The translations under genes and the position numbers were made by a program. Below, in pieces: positions 36,173 through 48,100 of a DNA stretch of 64,000 nucleotides (position 1 is the first letter of the stretch; every line of letters begins with the position of its first letter). The notes beneath the pieces were generated by a model that searched no databases, was not told the origin of the DNA, and saw only the letters and a list, made by a program, of their open reading frames with translations. Origin of the DNA: Basidiobolus meristosporus CBS 931.73 (Eukaryota; Fungi; Basidiobolomycota); the NCBI GenBank assembly GCA_002104905.1, contig MCFE01000028.1, positions 1 through 64,000 on the forward strand. Reading direction: 5' to 3'.

Positions 36173-37630
36173 AATTTGATTAATTTGAAAATTTTTTTGG
36201 AAATTTTTTTTGTCAAAGATATTTTTTGGTCAAAAGAGAAAAAGTTATATGATTGGTTATGATGTATATATGTAACAAACTAGCGTGTACCAAATATTAA
36301 TTTGTAAATATTTTTGGAAATTTTTTTGTCAAAGATATTTTTTGGTCAAGAGAGAAGTTATATGATTGGTTATGCTGCCCCTATATAACAAATTGGCGTG
36401 TACCAAATATTAATTTGTAAATATGTTTGGAAATTTTTTTTTGTTTAAGATATTTTTTGGTCAAAAGAAAAGTTTTTAAAAAAAGTTGTCGGATTGTTTA
36501 TGATACCCTTATATAATAAATTAGCGCGTACCGGATATTAATTTGTAAATATTTTTGGAAAACTTTTTTGTTCAAGATTTTTTTTTGGTTGAGAGAAAAG
36601 AGTTGTTGGATTATTAATGCCCCCCTTATATAACAAATTGGCACGTACAGAATATTAATTTGTAAATATTCTCAAAAAACTTTTTTTGTCAAAGATTTTT
36701 TTTGGGTTGAAAGAAAGAAAATTTGGGGTTGTTTGGGACGTGTTTAAATAACAAATTAGCGTGTACCAAATATTAATTTGTAAACATCCCAAAAATTTTT
36801 TCGTTAATTTGACATTAATTGCCAAATTTGAAAAATCTTTAAATTGTAAACCCATTTTGCATTAATTCTTATTTTATCTAGTGCAAAAAATTAATTTCCT
36901 AAAAAAGATCCAAAAAATTTGTTAATCCAATATTAGTTGCCAAATTTGAAAAATTGTTCAAATCTTTAACCAATTTCTCACTAATCCTGTTTTTGTTTGG
37001 TGCAAAAAATTATTTTATTAATAAATTTCAAATTTCTCGCTAATCCTATCTTAGTTGCCAAATTTGAAAAATTGTTAAGATCAAAAGCACATTTTGCACT
37101 AATCCAGAATTTGTTTGGTGCAAAATATTAATTTTGCAATAAATTCAAAAAAATTTTGCTAATCCGGTACTAGTTGCCAAATTTGAAAAATTGTTTAAAT
37201 TGTAAACCAATTTTGTATTAATTCTGTTTTTGTCTGATGCAAAATATTATTTTATTAATAAATTCTAATTTTTTTCGTTAATCCTATCTTAGTTGCCAAA
37301 TTTGAAAAATTGTCAAGATCCAAAGCACGTTTGGCACTAATTCTTGTTTTGTTTGGTGCAAAAAATTAATTTTGTGAAAAGATCGAAAAAATTTTGCTAA
37401 TCCAGTATTAATTGCCAAATTTGAGACATTGTTTAGATTGTTAACATATTTCGCACTAATTCTTATTTTGTCTGATGCAAAAACTCCTTTTATTAATAAA
37501 TCGCAAATTATGGGATAGTACTGATTGGGTAAGACAGATAGGATAAAAATAAGTGGAGTAGAGGTATAGGGAAGTAGAAAATAAGGGAATGAGCGCATCT
37601 GTCAGTGGGTGTCACTGTCACCCCACTACA
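36173..37630. repeat. AT-rich tandem array: five units of 113-128 bp (type A) and six of 118-119 bp (type B), plus a ~120-bp purine-rich tail
   Basis: A anchors GCGTGTACCAAATATTAATTTGT at 36283, 36396, 36524, 36641, 36759; B anchors GCCAAATTTGA at 36821, 36939, 37057, 37176, 37295, 37414. Confidence 0.93.
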
Positions 37631-39640
37631 CCAGTATCCAAAAGGGCTCATTTAGCTTGAAATGCCCTGTTTACAACTTGGTCATCAGTATAGGGATATT
37701 GTTGAAAAACAAAGGCATTGCTCCCAGTGGAAAGCTTTTGCTCCAAAAAATACCCTCTATCTTAAGTAGTTCTGGTTTCCAATTGATTCCATATTACAGC
37801 CAATGTCTTATAGCTTGCCAGCTTTGCTGCATTTGTATACCAACTGCTTTACATTCCCTCTGCGGGAATATGATGTTCTTAGTGTTGGTGTTTGGGTAAT
37901 AATAATGTGTGCAAGTTATGAAGTAAATCCCCTGGATCTCACACATTTGACAGCAATACTGTCTATTGTGCCCAGAAAAGCCAGCTATCTTGCTGATGGC
38001 TGGGGTATCTCCAATCAGATAATAATATGAACTTTGACATGATGGCCATTTACTATTATCCCACTAGAAAGCATACAAAGTTCATCCAGCAATGGACACA
38101 TGTGGCTATCTATGTTTGACAGTGATTTAGGCCTAGATATCAGTGAGACTACCATCAGATTTTGGCTCTGATACTGTAAGATAGGTGGCAGATTCAGGTT
38201 GATGAGAGTCAGTAGCCAGCAGGATTTGCTGCTAGAGTACTAGTTTAATGTGAATCCATCAAGTGCTAAAGCAAAGGCATGGTAATTGATACCTTTAAAG
38301 TAGCCCTTACTTCTGAGCGGTCTGTAATGTTTGCAATCAAATATAATGGATATGGTTGCACTTGATTGATACTCAGTGTGGTACTTCATAGCTTCACAAC
38401 AGTTGTTGAACTGCATGAGCTTCTTCAAATGGGGTATTACTGGAATATATCTGGAGTGTGAACAATGTTTTCCTTCAACAGTAATTGATTACTGACAATT
38501 TAAACATGTTGCAATGGTGTCATCTTTGGATGTGAAGGCCATCAACTATTAACCCATGTGGGAACCAGGACAATCTCTGGGTCATATGTTGCCAGCCACA
38601 CAACAGATGTCCACTTGTATCATGTACATGGCAAGTTGCATCCTGGCATAATTTTGGCAAGAAGTAGTAGCAAATCCTCAAAGCCCCCATTACTGATATT
38701 TGTGGAAATGCACCACTTCACTAGCCACAACATTACATCATTGCCAGTGGATGGATTACTGGGCTCATTTGGCTCTGTAAAGCATCATTGGCATATGTTT
38801 CAACAGGTGCTGTCTCATAAAATATTGGGATTTGATCAGGTTCATATGTGGTGCTCTTGTTAGGGGAGGTAGGCTCACAATCTATCAGTGAGCATTCTTT
38901 GTCAGAGCTATCACTCCATTTGGCATTTTCAGAAGGCTGATGTGAGCCTAAAGACATCACAAACTCACCGGACTCAGTTTGTGCAAGGTGACAAAGATGG
39001 CCAGGTACCAATATAGAAGTATCAACTGGCTGGCAAGATACTGTTGGTACAGTAGTGACCAATGAATGGTCAAATATGACTTGTGTTGCAAAACACTGGC
39101 CATGGTCCTTGTAATACTTCCTATGCTGTCTGTGTGCTTCATGGCTGAGAGGCCTACTATGATAGCCACATGGTCTTTGTTCTCTTCTCTTATGGCATTG
39201 AATCAAAGTAGTCTTGTCCACGGGGCAAACAGTTTGACCTTCAACAACATAATGCTATTATATCACTTTTTGGTCAATACTCATATGAATTTAAGACAGT
39301 CTTATATTTGGGGCATTGCACCTACATTGATATAAGATTTAATAATGACCTGCCATAGTAATCATTACAAATAAAGTTGCGGTACCACATACCCACTTAT
39401 ATGTAGTGCTATTTCCCCTTTGCATTGACTCACTTCCATATATATGCCACCAAAAATAAAGTAAAGTTGTCGGATTCTCAACCAAACCTCATTGCTGACA
39501 GCTGTGGAAAAGCGGTTGGACAACAGCTTGCTTTGACATTCAGTGCAACAAGCAAGGCTACATCCAAAAAAGGTCATGTTGACAGTGTTCCCACTGAAGG
39601 AAATTATGGGCACTCCTCAGGATCTCAATAAAGTAGGCAA

Positions 39641-41387
39641 TTGAGAACCACTGCAGAGCTGCAAGCTGACCGTTATGCTCAGGCAGATGAGAGTGTAGGA
39701 AACACAGTACCTTCAGCTGAAGACCAGCAAGTGGCCATCATAACATCACCACCACCCATATTAGCAAGTATGTTGTCAGCTCATACCAAAGCATTAATGA
39801 AGCATTTAGGTGCAGTTGCTGATAGGATAGATGCAATGGACCAGAGTAATCAGGAAATAGTCCAGAAACAGGATGAGCAGCTACTATGAGTAGGGCAATT
39901 AATATCCTAGGTAGAGGAAGTAGTATCTTTTCTGCAAGGAAGGAACTCAAGTAGCTCAAAATCACAGCCAAGAATTGAGCCATTTCATGATGTAACAGCA
40001 GAGGAGCACTGTAAAGTCTTTGCAACACAACAACAGTGTTCAGAGATAAAACCCACAGAAAAACCTATCAGAGCATGGAAGGGAGACACTGTGGTGCTTA
40101 TACCAAAGGCCAAATACCAAAAGACATTCATGATCTGTGAAGCCATTGAGTACAATAATCAAGAGAGAGCTAATATTCAAGAGGCTGTTAGAAGTGTAGC
40201 ATGCCATCACCTCAAGGCTGGCATATCATTGGACCATCAGGAACTCAAAGCCATGCACAATGTGCTTGACTTGTTCCATGAGCATTATCCTGGATTCAAA
40301 TAGGTAAGTGGATTTTGGGCCAGCATTGGTATGCTAAGGAAGTATCTTAAGAATAGCAGAAACTATCAATGGCAGAGGGAATAAGGGTGCCATGGCTAAA
40401 AGCAATGACTTCCTCAAGTGCCTGTGATAGGTGGGGCCAAAAGCTCCAGTCAAGCATAACAGAGATGTCAGGAAGGGTGCCAATTGGGCAAGTAGGCAGA
40501 TACAGAGGCACCAGCACAACATTTATCAAGGAAAAAGTTTAGTACCACTCAAGACACACTCAGTTAAAGTAGCAGTGAAGTCCAGTCAATGATTGAAACA
40601 AGCAGCTTTCTCAGGAGCCTGTCACCCCTACAGCTGAGTGCTCAAAACAAATGGTAAAGAAATGTCAAGTTGCCAGGAGAGTGCCAGCAAAGGACAAGCA
40701 GGCCAAAGCAGATGCCTCAGAGCACAATTTATCAAGGGGAAAATGTAGTTCATTACAAGAAGCACTCAGAAAAAGTAGCAGTGAAAGACCTGGCAGTAAT
40801 AAAGGAAAAGGTCAAGGGAGAAATATCTACCCAAGCCTGAGACAGTTCAGCATACAAAAGAACTGCAGTTCTCACCAATTAACACCATAAGCCTGGAACA
40901 GACTGAATCCCATCATAGCCAAGAATAAATATCAATAAGAAAATAGCTGTTTTCACAAGAGTTGCAAGCGCAGGCAGTTGAGCTACACTCCAGCAAGGCA
41001 GATGAGTTTATAGAGAAAGGCAACTTGTCTACTACAGCCTCCGTGTCCTCCATTCTTGACAGAGTGGAGATCCCACCTACAGACAAGGCTACAATGCTAA
41101 GAACTCAAAAGACTATCAAAATGCCTTTGGTGGAATTTTGGAACATTAATATACACACCAAGAGGTTGCAGCACTTCTTCAAGAGCAGTGCTCAAGAAAA
41201 CACTCTTGAATATTTCAAGGATTTATTGCATAGATGGGCAGATGAGATTCTAGACCTTGCAGTGCTTGCTGAAGACCAGGACCTGTGGGAACCAGTGAAT
41301 GAACAGTGGCATAAAGCCATTGGGTTACCACAGAGCCATGGAAACAGAGTATTACAGCAGAAATACTTACTGACCGGTGGATTTTAA
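39641..41387 (+). pseudogene. ORF2 of CMC element copy 3 (best-preserved copy)
   Basis: Long fragments ITSPPPILASMLSAHTKALMKHLGAVADRIDAM; EAVRSVACHHLKAGISLDHQELK; LQHFFKSSAQENTLEYFKDLLHRWADEILDLAVLAEDQDLWEPVNEQWHKAIGL. Confidence 0.75.
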
Positions 41388-42429
41388 TGGAGTTACTTGT
41401 TGAGTGTGGGGTTGAGCTTAATGTTGAGAGTAGGGTATAGGGACTTGTATAGGTCAATAAAATTGGCAATTGAGGTACAGCTGAAGTTTAAACAGAAATA
41501 AATCAATTTGCACACATAAAAAGTAGAAGAAATGCTTGACTCAGGAAGCAATGAGTGTAAAAATGAGGCTGTAGCCAATGAATGTACACAAATGTAGGAG
41601 GTGATAGGGTGCCTGGGATCAGAAAGTGAGCAAGTTGGCAGGGAGCCAATTAAAAGCCACAAATATATCATTAAGATGAAAATTCTGACTAAGTTTTTTG
41701 TGAAATTTTGGGTGCAATTATTTTTCAACAGTCTCTGCATGGTGCCCTGATGGGATTATCACAATAATTTTTCATAGGGTACAGTGGTTACTCTCAGAAA
41801 TCCAAAAGTGATATAAATGGTTCAATAAAGGTTTTACCCAATTAAGGTCACTTTTGTACACTTAGCAATAAAGGGCTAATATATTAAAATACTAGAGAGA
41901 TACATCGGAGGTGAATTGAAGAAATAGAAAATTTGCATGGCATCAACTTGTTGCTTTATTAAGTTGCAGCACTGTATTTATATTATTGCATTGCTATGTA
42001 TATGTAATTACTTTGTTGCTATCAGGGGAGTCTCAGCAATACAACTGCCAAATTTCATCTCAATAGGATAAGTTTCCAATTTTCCTAAGTTCTGCACTTC
42101 ACCAATTCCTAATAATCAGCTTATATCCTTAAAACCAACTTCTAAGTTAATATTCCAAGATACAAAACTTGACTAAGTGCTGGTTCATAACATACTAATG
42201 ATCAGGTGGGCTCCTAGTTATTTCAACATACTCTACATGATAATTAATCTCTTTTGATGAAAACCCCTTGAGTATTGTTTCAAAGGAGTTAGAATATGAA
42301 ACATGTGCTGGCCACTTGGTGCTCAGCAAGATATAATATTCTTGAATAGATGATTGTTAATGACTTGATCTTTTGTCCTTAAAGCCAGAATATCATGATA
42401 TCCCCTTTGTGTGTTATAACGGGAATGTG

Positions 42430-44424
42430 GTGCTAGGGTTGACAGTTGTGCCTGAAAAGCAGTATGTGTGGGAATCAGTGAGTGAAGAATGACCCATAGC
42501 TGTAGAATACCTGCCAATGTTTTGTAAATAGGGCATTTTGCAGCAATACTACTTAAGTGATTGATTTTAATGGTACTACTTGTTAAATGTTAGGCTGAGT
42601 ATAATGTTAGAGTTAGGTGCAGGGACTTATATATGTCAGTACAGTTGGTTACTCAGTTAAAAGTGAGCTTTCAGCTGAAACAAACCAATATGTGGGTATG
42701 AAAAGTAAGGGCTTTGGTTGAGTCAGGAATTCAAGAGTGTGACAAAGGGGCAACATCTAACTATTGTACACAAATGTAGGTGATAATTGAGTGTTTAGGA
42801 CTGGAGAGTAAGAGAATTGGCAAAACACCAGTCAAAGCCACTTGTGCACTGTCGTGATTAAAGATTCCAATCAAGTGATATGTGAAATGTGGGGTGTAGT
42901 CTCTTAATGGTCTTTGCACAGTGTCTTCACGGTAACAATACCTCCTAGTCACAAAAGTTAAGTTTAGTGACAGCCTTTGAACAGGAGCCTCACAATTATT
43001 TTCATAAGGCTGTAATAAAGGCACTAAAGTCTACAAGCTTGAAGACATAGTAGACCTGCAAAGTACTGAGTGAGATAATGAAGTGAATGCTGATGTTCAA
43101 GTGGCCTAAACTAGAATTTTGGAATGCAATCATATATGATTGGCATACAATTAGGCTGTCAAAAAATAATGGCAAGACAAATGCATTTACCTGCTCATTG
43201 ATTATTATAATACTTACTGCTAGCAAATAGACTTTGGACCTGCATATATATGCTAAGAAGACATATAGGGAATAGTAAATAAGATCATAGGCTGCTAGAG
43301 CCACAAAATACTTGCAATATGAATAAGTAAAGGGTGTCAGGGCAGAGACATTGATTAAATACAGGATTTCAATCCAATTAGCCCCATTGGAAACAATGGA
43401 AAGTTCCCCTCAAAAGACCATGGAAAAAACTAAGTTCTGTGATTAGGAAATATTGGTGCCTTCAGGACACCATTCTGAGACCATTCAGAAAATTAGCAAC
43501 TCATTTTTCACTGAAAACATAGTCAAGATTTCTTATCACTGCAGTATATAAGTAGCTCTTGATTGTTCCTGGGCTATTTGCCCCATTTGGCATTACCAAA
43601 TAGTTGTTCCCCTTCTAAACTTATGCACAACAGTTTGCAATGAGTTATTGCAGTATTTCAGTGAGTTTTCTGGTGCACTGCTCTTGAAGAACTTTTGCCA
43701 CCTATTGGTTTCACTGCTGATGCTCCAACAATTTGCTGTAGGTATTGTGATAGTGTTCTGATTTTGTGAAATTGTTAGTTGACTAATCAGTGGTAAATCC
43801 ACTTTGCTTATAGTGTGGGTCATGGAGGCTGTCAGAATCAGATTGCCTTAGAATGGAAACTAATCCACCTCACTGGAGAGCATCAGCACTGGCTGCACTT
43901 CTAGCTCTGATCAAAACACCTGTTATAATATGGGTAATTACTGTTGGCCATTATATGATTAGGCTATTATTGAATGATGGCAGTAATTGGTGTTAACTTC
44001 AGCTATTTATATTCACTTCTCAGTTACTGGCATGTGCAAATTTTTATTCCTTTGCCTTTACCTTTAATGCTGCCTTACCTTTCACTGCAGCAATTGCTGA
44101 GTGGCTTTTCTATTGTGCTATATTTTCTACATCATAAATGCTGAGCTGGTGCCTGCGCAGCTTCCAATATACTAGAGAAATACATTTTGACACCAGCCAC
44201 TATATTCTTATCCCTGCCAGAGTCTTGTCCTCCCTAAAGTTGTTCTCCAGCTGTTGCTTAAGTGAGCTCTATAATAAATTTAGTAGTAGTAGGCTTGTAC
44301 CCAGGAGATATCTGTCACACTTGGTTGAAGTTTTTCTTGTAAAAACTGTTTGCTTGTTTGTGTCCAACTAAGCCTCAAATTACTCAACCGGTCATCCATG
44401 CATTAGCGCTACTTGGTTTTGTAA
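42430..44424. mobile_element. Further CMC element fragments (terminus ~43010, ORF2 C-terminus on minus strand, transposase C-terminal piece)
   Basis: CTCACAATTATTTTCATAAGG terminus; KFFKSSAPENSLKYC ORF2 motif; TTACTCAACCGGTCATCCATGCATT matches the transposase end. Confidence 0.6.
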
Positions 44425-44786
44425 TGCTGCAATATCAGAAGTGATATAGATATAAGAAATACATTGAGATATAGTATACACTCTGCACTATTGATGGTTC
44501 ATTAAGAGGCTCATTATTTATGCCTTCTAAACATACTACAAATGTGATAATAGTAAGGAGAGTTTTTCAACAATTAAAATCATTCTGCAACCATCTGAGG
44601 GTTAATATATAATGTTTGGTAAAAGTGCTAACTTGATTTTGACTGTAGAAGAGTATCATAGTATCATAGATCTGGAAAAAAGTGCAAGTTTAGAGCTATA
44701 AGCAGTCCTATAATGCCCAAGACTACTCTAAATTTTTGAGTAAGCTTTAGTTGCCAAATGATACCATGTAGTCCTATATTTCCACA
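44425..44786 (-). mobile_element. Old solo LTR of copia family A, inserted in a CMC transposase fragment
   Basis: TGCTGCAATATCAGAAGTGATATAGATATAAG...GATACCATGTAGTCCTATATTTCCACA aligns along its length to the 369-bp LTR at 45115; no TSD recognisable. Confidence 0.75.
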
Positions 44787-45114
44787 TTTGATGCAATATG
44801 CACAGATGTGTCCTGGTGTACTCCTTTTCTCAGTACTCTCCAAGCTTTCCTGGTTGTCCTCTGTATGTCAACTTATGAGCTACAAGTCTAGATAGAGCAG
44901 TTGTAGCATAATAGTCAGTTTAGCTAGCATTGCCATCACTTAACTTAACCTGAATCCACTACAATTCCAATGGCTCGGCATATGTATTATAGCTTATTGA
45001 GTGTTGATTAATTAGTTTTGCATATGATGAATGGTGTCAATGACTCATGAGATTGCATCATCATCACCAAATTAGGTCTTACTTTGCTTATCTGCTTCAG
45101 TTTGATGAGGGTCT

Positions 45115-48100
45115 TGTTGCAATTTAAGAAGTGATTTGGATATAAGGAACTTATCAAGAAATAGTGATAATAGTTGAACTGTTGTTTATTCATAAAGAAG
45201 CTCAGTATTTATACCTTTGTAGAAGTAATACAGCTGCAACACTAAGTAGGGAGGGTTTCTCAATATTCAGGAGCATTCTGTAACAGTTTCAGGGTTAGTA
45301 CATAATGTTTGGTAATAGTGCTAATTTGATCCTGACTATAGGGGAATAGTCATAAGATCATATATCTGGAGAAAGTGGCGAAGTTAAGGCAGTAAATGAG
45401 TCCTACAGTGACTAAGACTAGCCTAGAATTGTTAAGTAAATTTTTAGCTGCTGAATGATACCAAATAGTCCAATATTTCAACACTCCCCCTCAACTAAAT
45501 AATTTCTTAATCCCAATTTCTCTCTAAGGATCTCAAACTGTGGCCTAGCTAGTGGTTTTGTCAATATGTCTGCCACCATTTTGTCAGTTGGGCAGTAAAC
45601 CAGCTCTACTAAGTTATTTTCTACAGCTTCCCTCACAAAGTGATGCTGTATATCAATGTGCTTAGTTCTGGCATGATTAGTAGGATTTCTAGCTAATGAA
45701 ATACAACTTTGATTATCCTTCTAAATACATGTTGGTTCACCTGAATTAAAACCTAAGTCTTTGAATAATTTTTGTAGCCATATAGCCTCCTTAGTTGCTT
45801 GACATACAGCCATATATTCGGCTTCAGTTGTAGATAGTGCCACAGTTGGTTGTTTCTTGCAATTCCAAGTAATAGCTGCACCAGCATAAAGAAATACATA
45901 GCCTGTGGTAGAGCGTCTGTCAATCAAATCCCTACCCCAATCTGAATCACTATAACCATCAAATTTTCGCCTATTTGCTGCTCCAGAGTATTCCAGTACC
46001 ATATTTATGGTACCTTGTAGATATCTGAAAATCCGCTTAACTGCTACAATTTGATCTGATCCGTAATTCTGCATGAATTGACTGACTATTCCAACTGCTA
46101 CTGCAATATCTGGACGTGTAGACACCATCAAGTACATTAGGCTACCAACCATTGACTGATAGGGAAAGTTTTGGTCCATATTTGAGCCGTTTTCATCTAT
46201 AACTGGCTGAGATTTGCTTAATTTCAGGTTATTGTCCATAGGGGTTGCTGCAGGTTTGCAATTTTCCATTTTGAAGCGTCTAAGAATGTCCCTGATGTAC
46301 TTAGACTGATTCAGCACAATTTTCTGCGTAGGTATGTCAAATTTGACCTCAATTCCAAGAAAATAGCTCAATTTTCCAAGATCTTTCATCTCAAACTTGC
46401 TGAAGAGATCTGATTTTGTCTGTTTAAGTGCCTCTTGATCACTTGTAGTTATAATTAGGTCGTCCACATAAAGAACTAGGATGATCACACCCTTTTTGAG
46501 CTGTTTCACATATATACTGCGATCTGCAGTGCTACAAGAGAACCCAATTTCCTCTAGATATGTGTCAATCTAGTTATACCATGCTCTGGGTGCCTGCTTA
46601 AGCCCATACAACGATTTTCTAACTTTGCACACCTTATGGGGGCTTTTTGGATCGGTAAAACCTTCTGGTTGCTCCATATATATAGTTTCTTGCAAATCCC
46701 CATTTAGAAAGGCTGTTTTGACGTCCATTTGGTGTAGATCTAGACTGTGTACAGCTGCCAGGGCTAGAACTGTCCTAATAGAGTTAAACTTGGCAACCGG
46801 AGCAAATGTTTCCTTAAAGTCTAGTCCCTGGATCTGGGAGTAGCCTTTAGCTACCAATCTAGCCTTGTACTTATCAACGGCACCATTTGAGGTTATCTTG
46901 ATCTTGTAGACCCATCTACATCCTATTGGCTTTCTCCCATTTGGTAAATCTACCAGTTCCCACGTTTTTGCCTTGATCAGTGATTGGTACTCCTCCTGCA
47001 TGGCTTGTTGCCACTTTGTAGCATCTGGACCTTGCATTGCCTGTTCCAGATTCTGAGGTTTGGCACATAAGGCAAGATAAGCTTCTTCATGATCATTGGA
47101 TGTCTGCCACCAGGATCCAGGGGCATTTCTTATTCTGGTACATCTCCTAACTGGGATAATCTGTTCTAAGCTGGAACTGGTAGAAGTATCTTCTGTATCT
47201 GGCTGGATTTGGTATGTACCTTCTTCATTAGTGTTGATTGCATCATCAGGCAGCTGGCCAATGATTTCTGTGGCTTTCTGATCTGAGTTCTCCTCAAATA
47301 CAGCATCCCTGCTCTTGATCAGCTTCTGAATTTTGCCATCATACACTCTATACCCTTTAGTATCTTCACAATACCCAAGAAAGATCCCTTTTCTACTCTT
47401 TGGTTCCAACTTTGAGCGTTTTTTGTCAGGGATGTGATAAAAAACATCACTGCCAAAGATCCTGAGGTGCTGGAGATCTGGTTTTTTGCCTGTATATGCT
47501 TCAAAGGGTGTAGAATCACGTAGTGCTGTTGTTGGGCATCTGTTCTTGATGTATACAGCGGTAGCAACAGATTCAGCCCAAACTTGTAGTCCATTCCCTT
47601 ATCATGTAGCATAGATCTTCCCATCTCTACTATTGTTCTATTTGCACGTTCTGCTACTCCATTTTGCTGTGGAGTATGAGGAACTGTGGTCTGTTGAAGT
47701 ATACCAGTAGACAAGCAGTATTTTGCAAACTCCTTTGAGCAGTATTCTCCTCCATTGTCACTTCGTAGTACCTTCAATTTACACCCAGTTTGTGTTTCTG
47801 CCATGTTCTTGAAGTGCTTAAACGTCTCTAAAGCTTCATCCTTTGTTTTGAGGAAGTACACCCATGTATATCTTGTCTTGTCATCAATAAATGTCATAAA
47901 GTATCTCTTGGCTCCAAAGGACAGTGTTCTCATGGGGCCACATATGTCTGAGTGTACAATAGCCAATATTTCGGTGGTATTGATGCCTTCTGAGCTCTTG
48001 AAATGTTGCCTAGCTTGTTTGCCATATGAACATCCCTTACAAACATTCAATTTGATCGGAATTGAGTATTTTAGGCCCAAAACAAGCTGATTTTTCACCA

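Larger units (their letters stand above)
34655..41779 (-). mobile_element. Full-length CMC element copy 3 (reverse), carrying a 1.45-kb repeat-array insertion
   Basis: Starts CCCTATGAATA, ends TTTTCATAGGG; colinear reverse complement of 21707-27168; transposase on minus (35130-36172 and 37631-39221), ORF2 on plus; no clear TSD. Confidence 0.85.

Noticed and set aside
36173-37510. CRISPR array (palindromic repeat with spacers)
   Set aside because: The inter-repeat segments are homologous to one another and too long, no cas genes are present, and the context is a eukaryotic TE. It is a tandem repeat.
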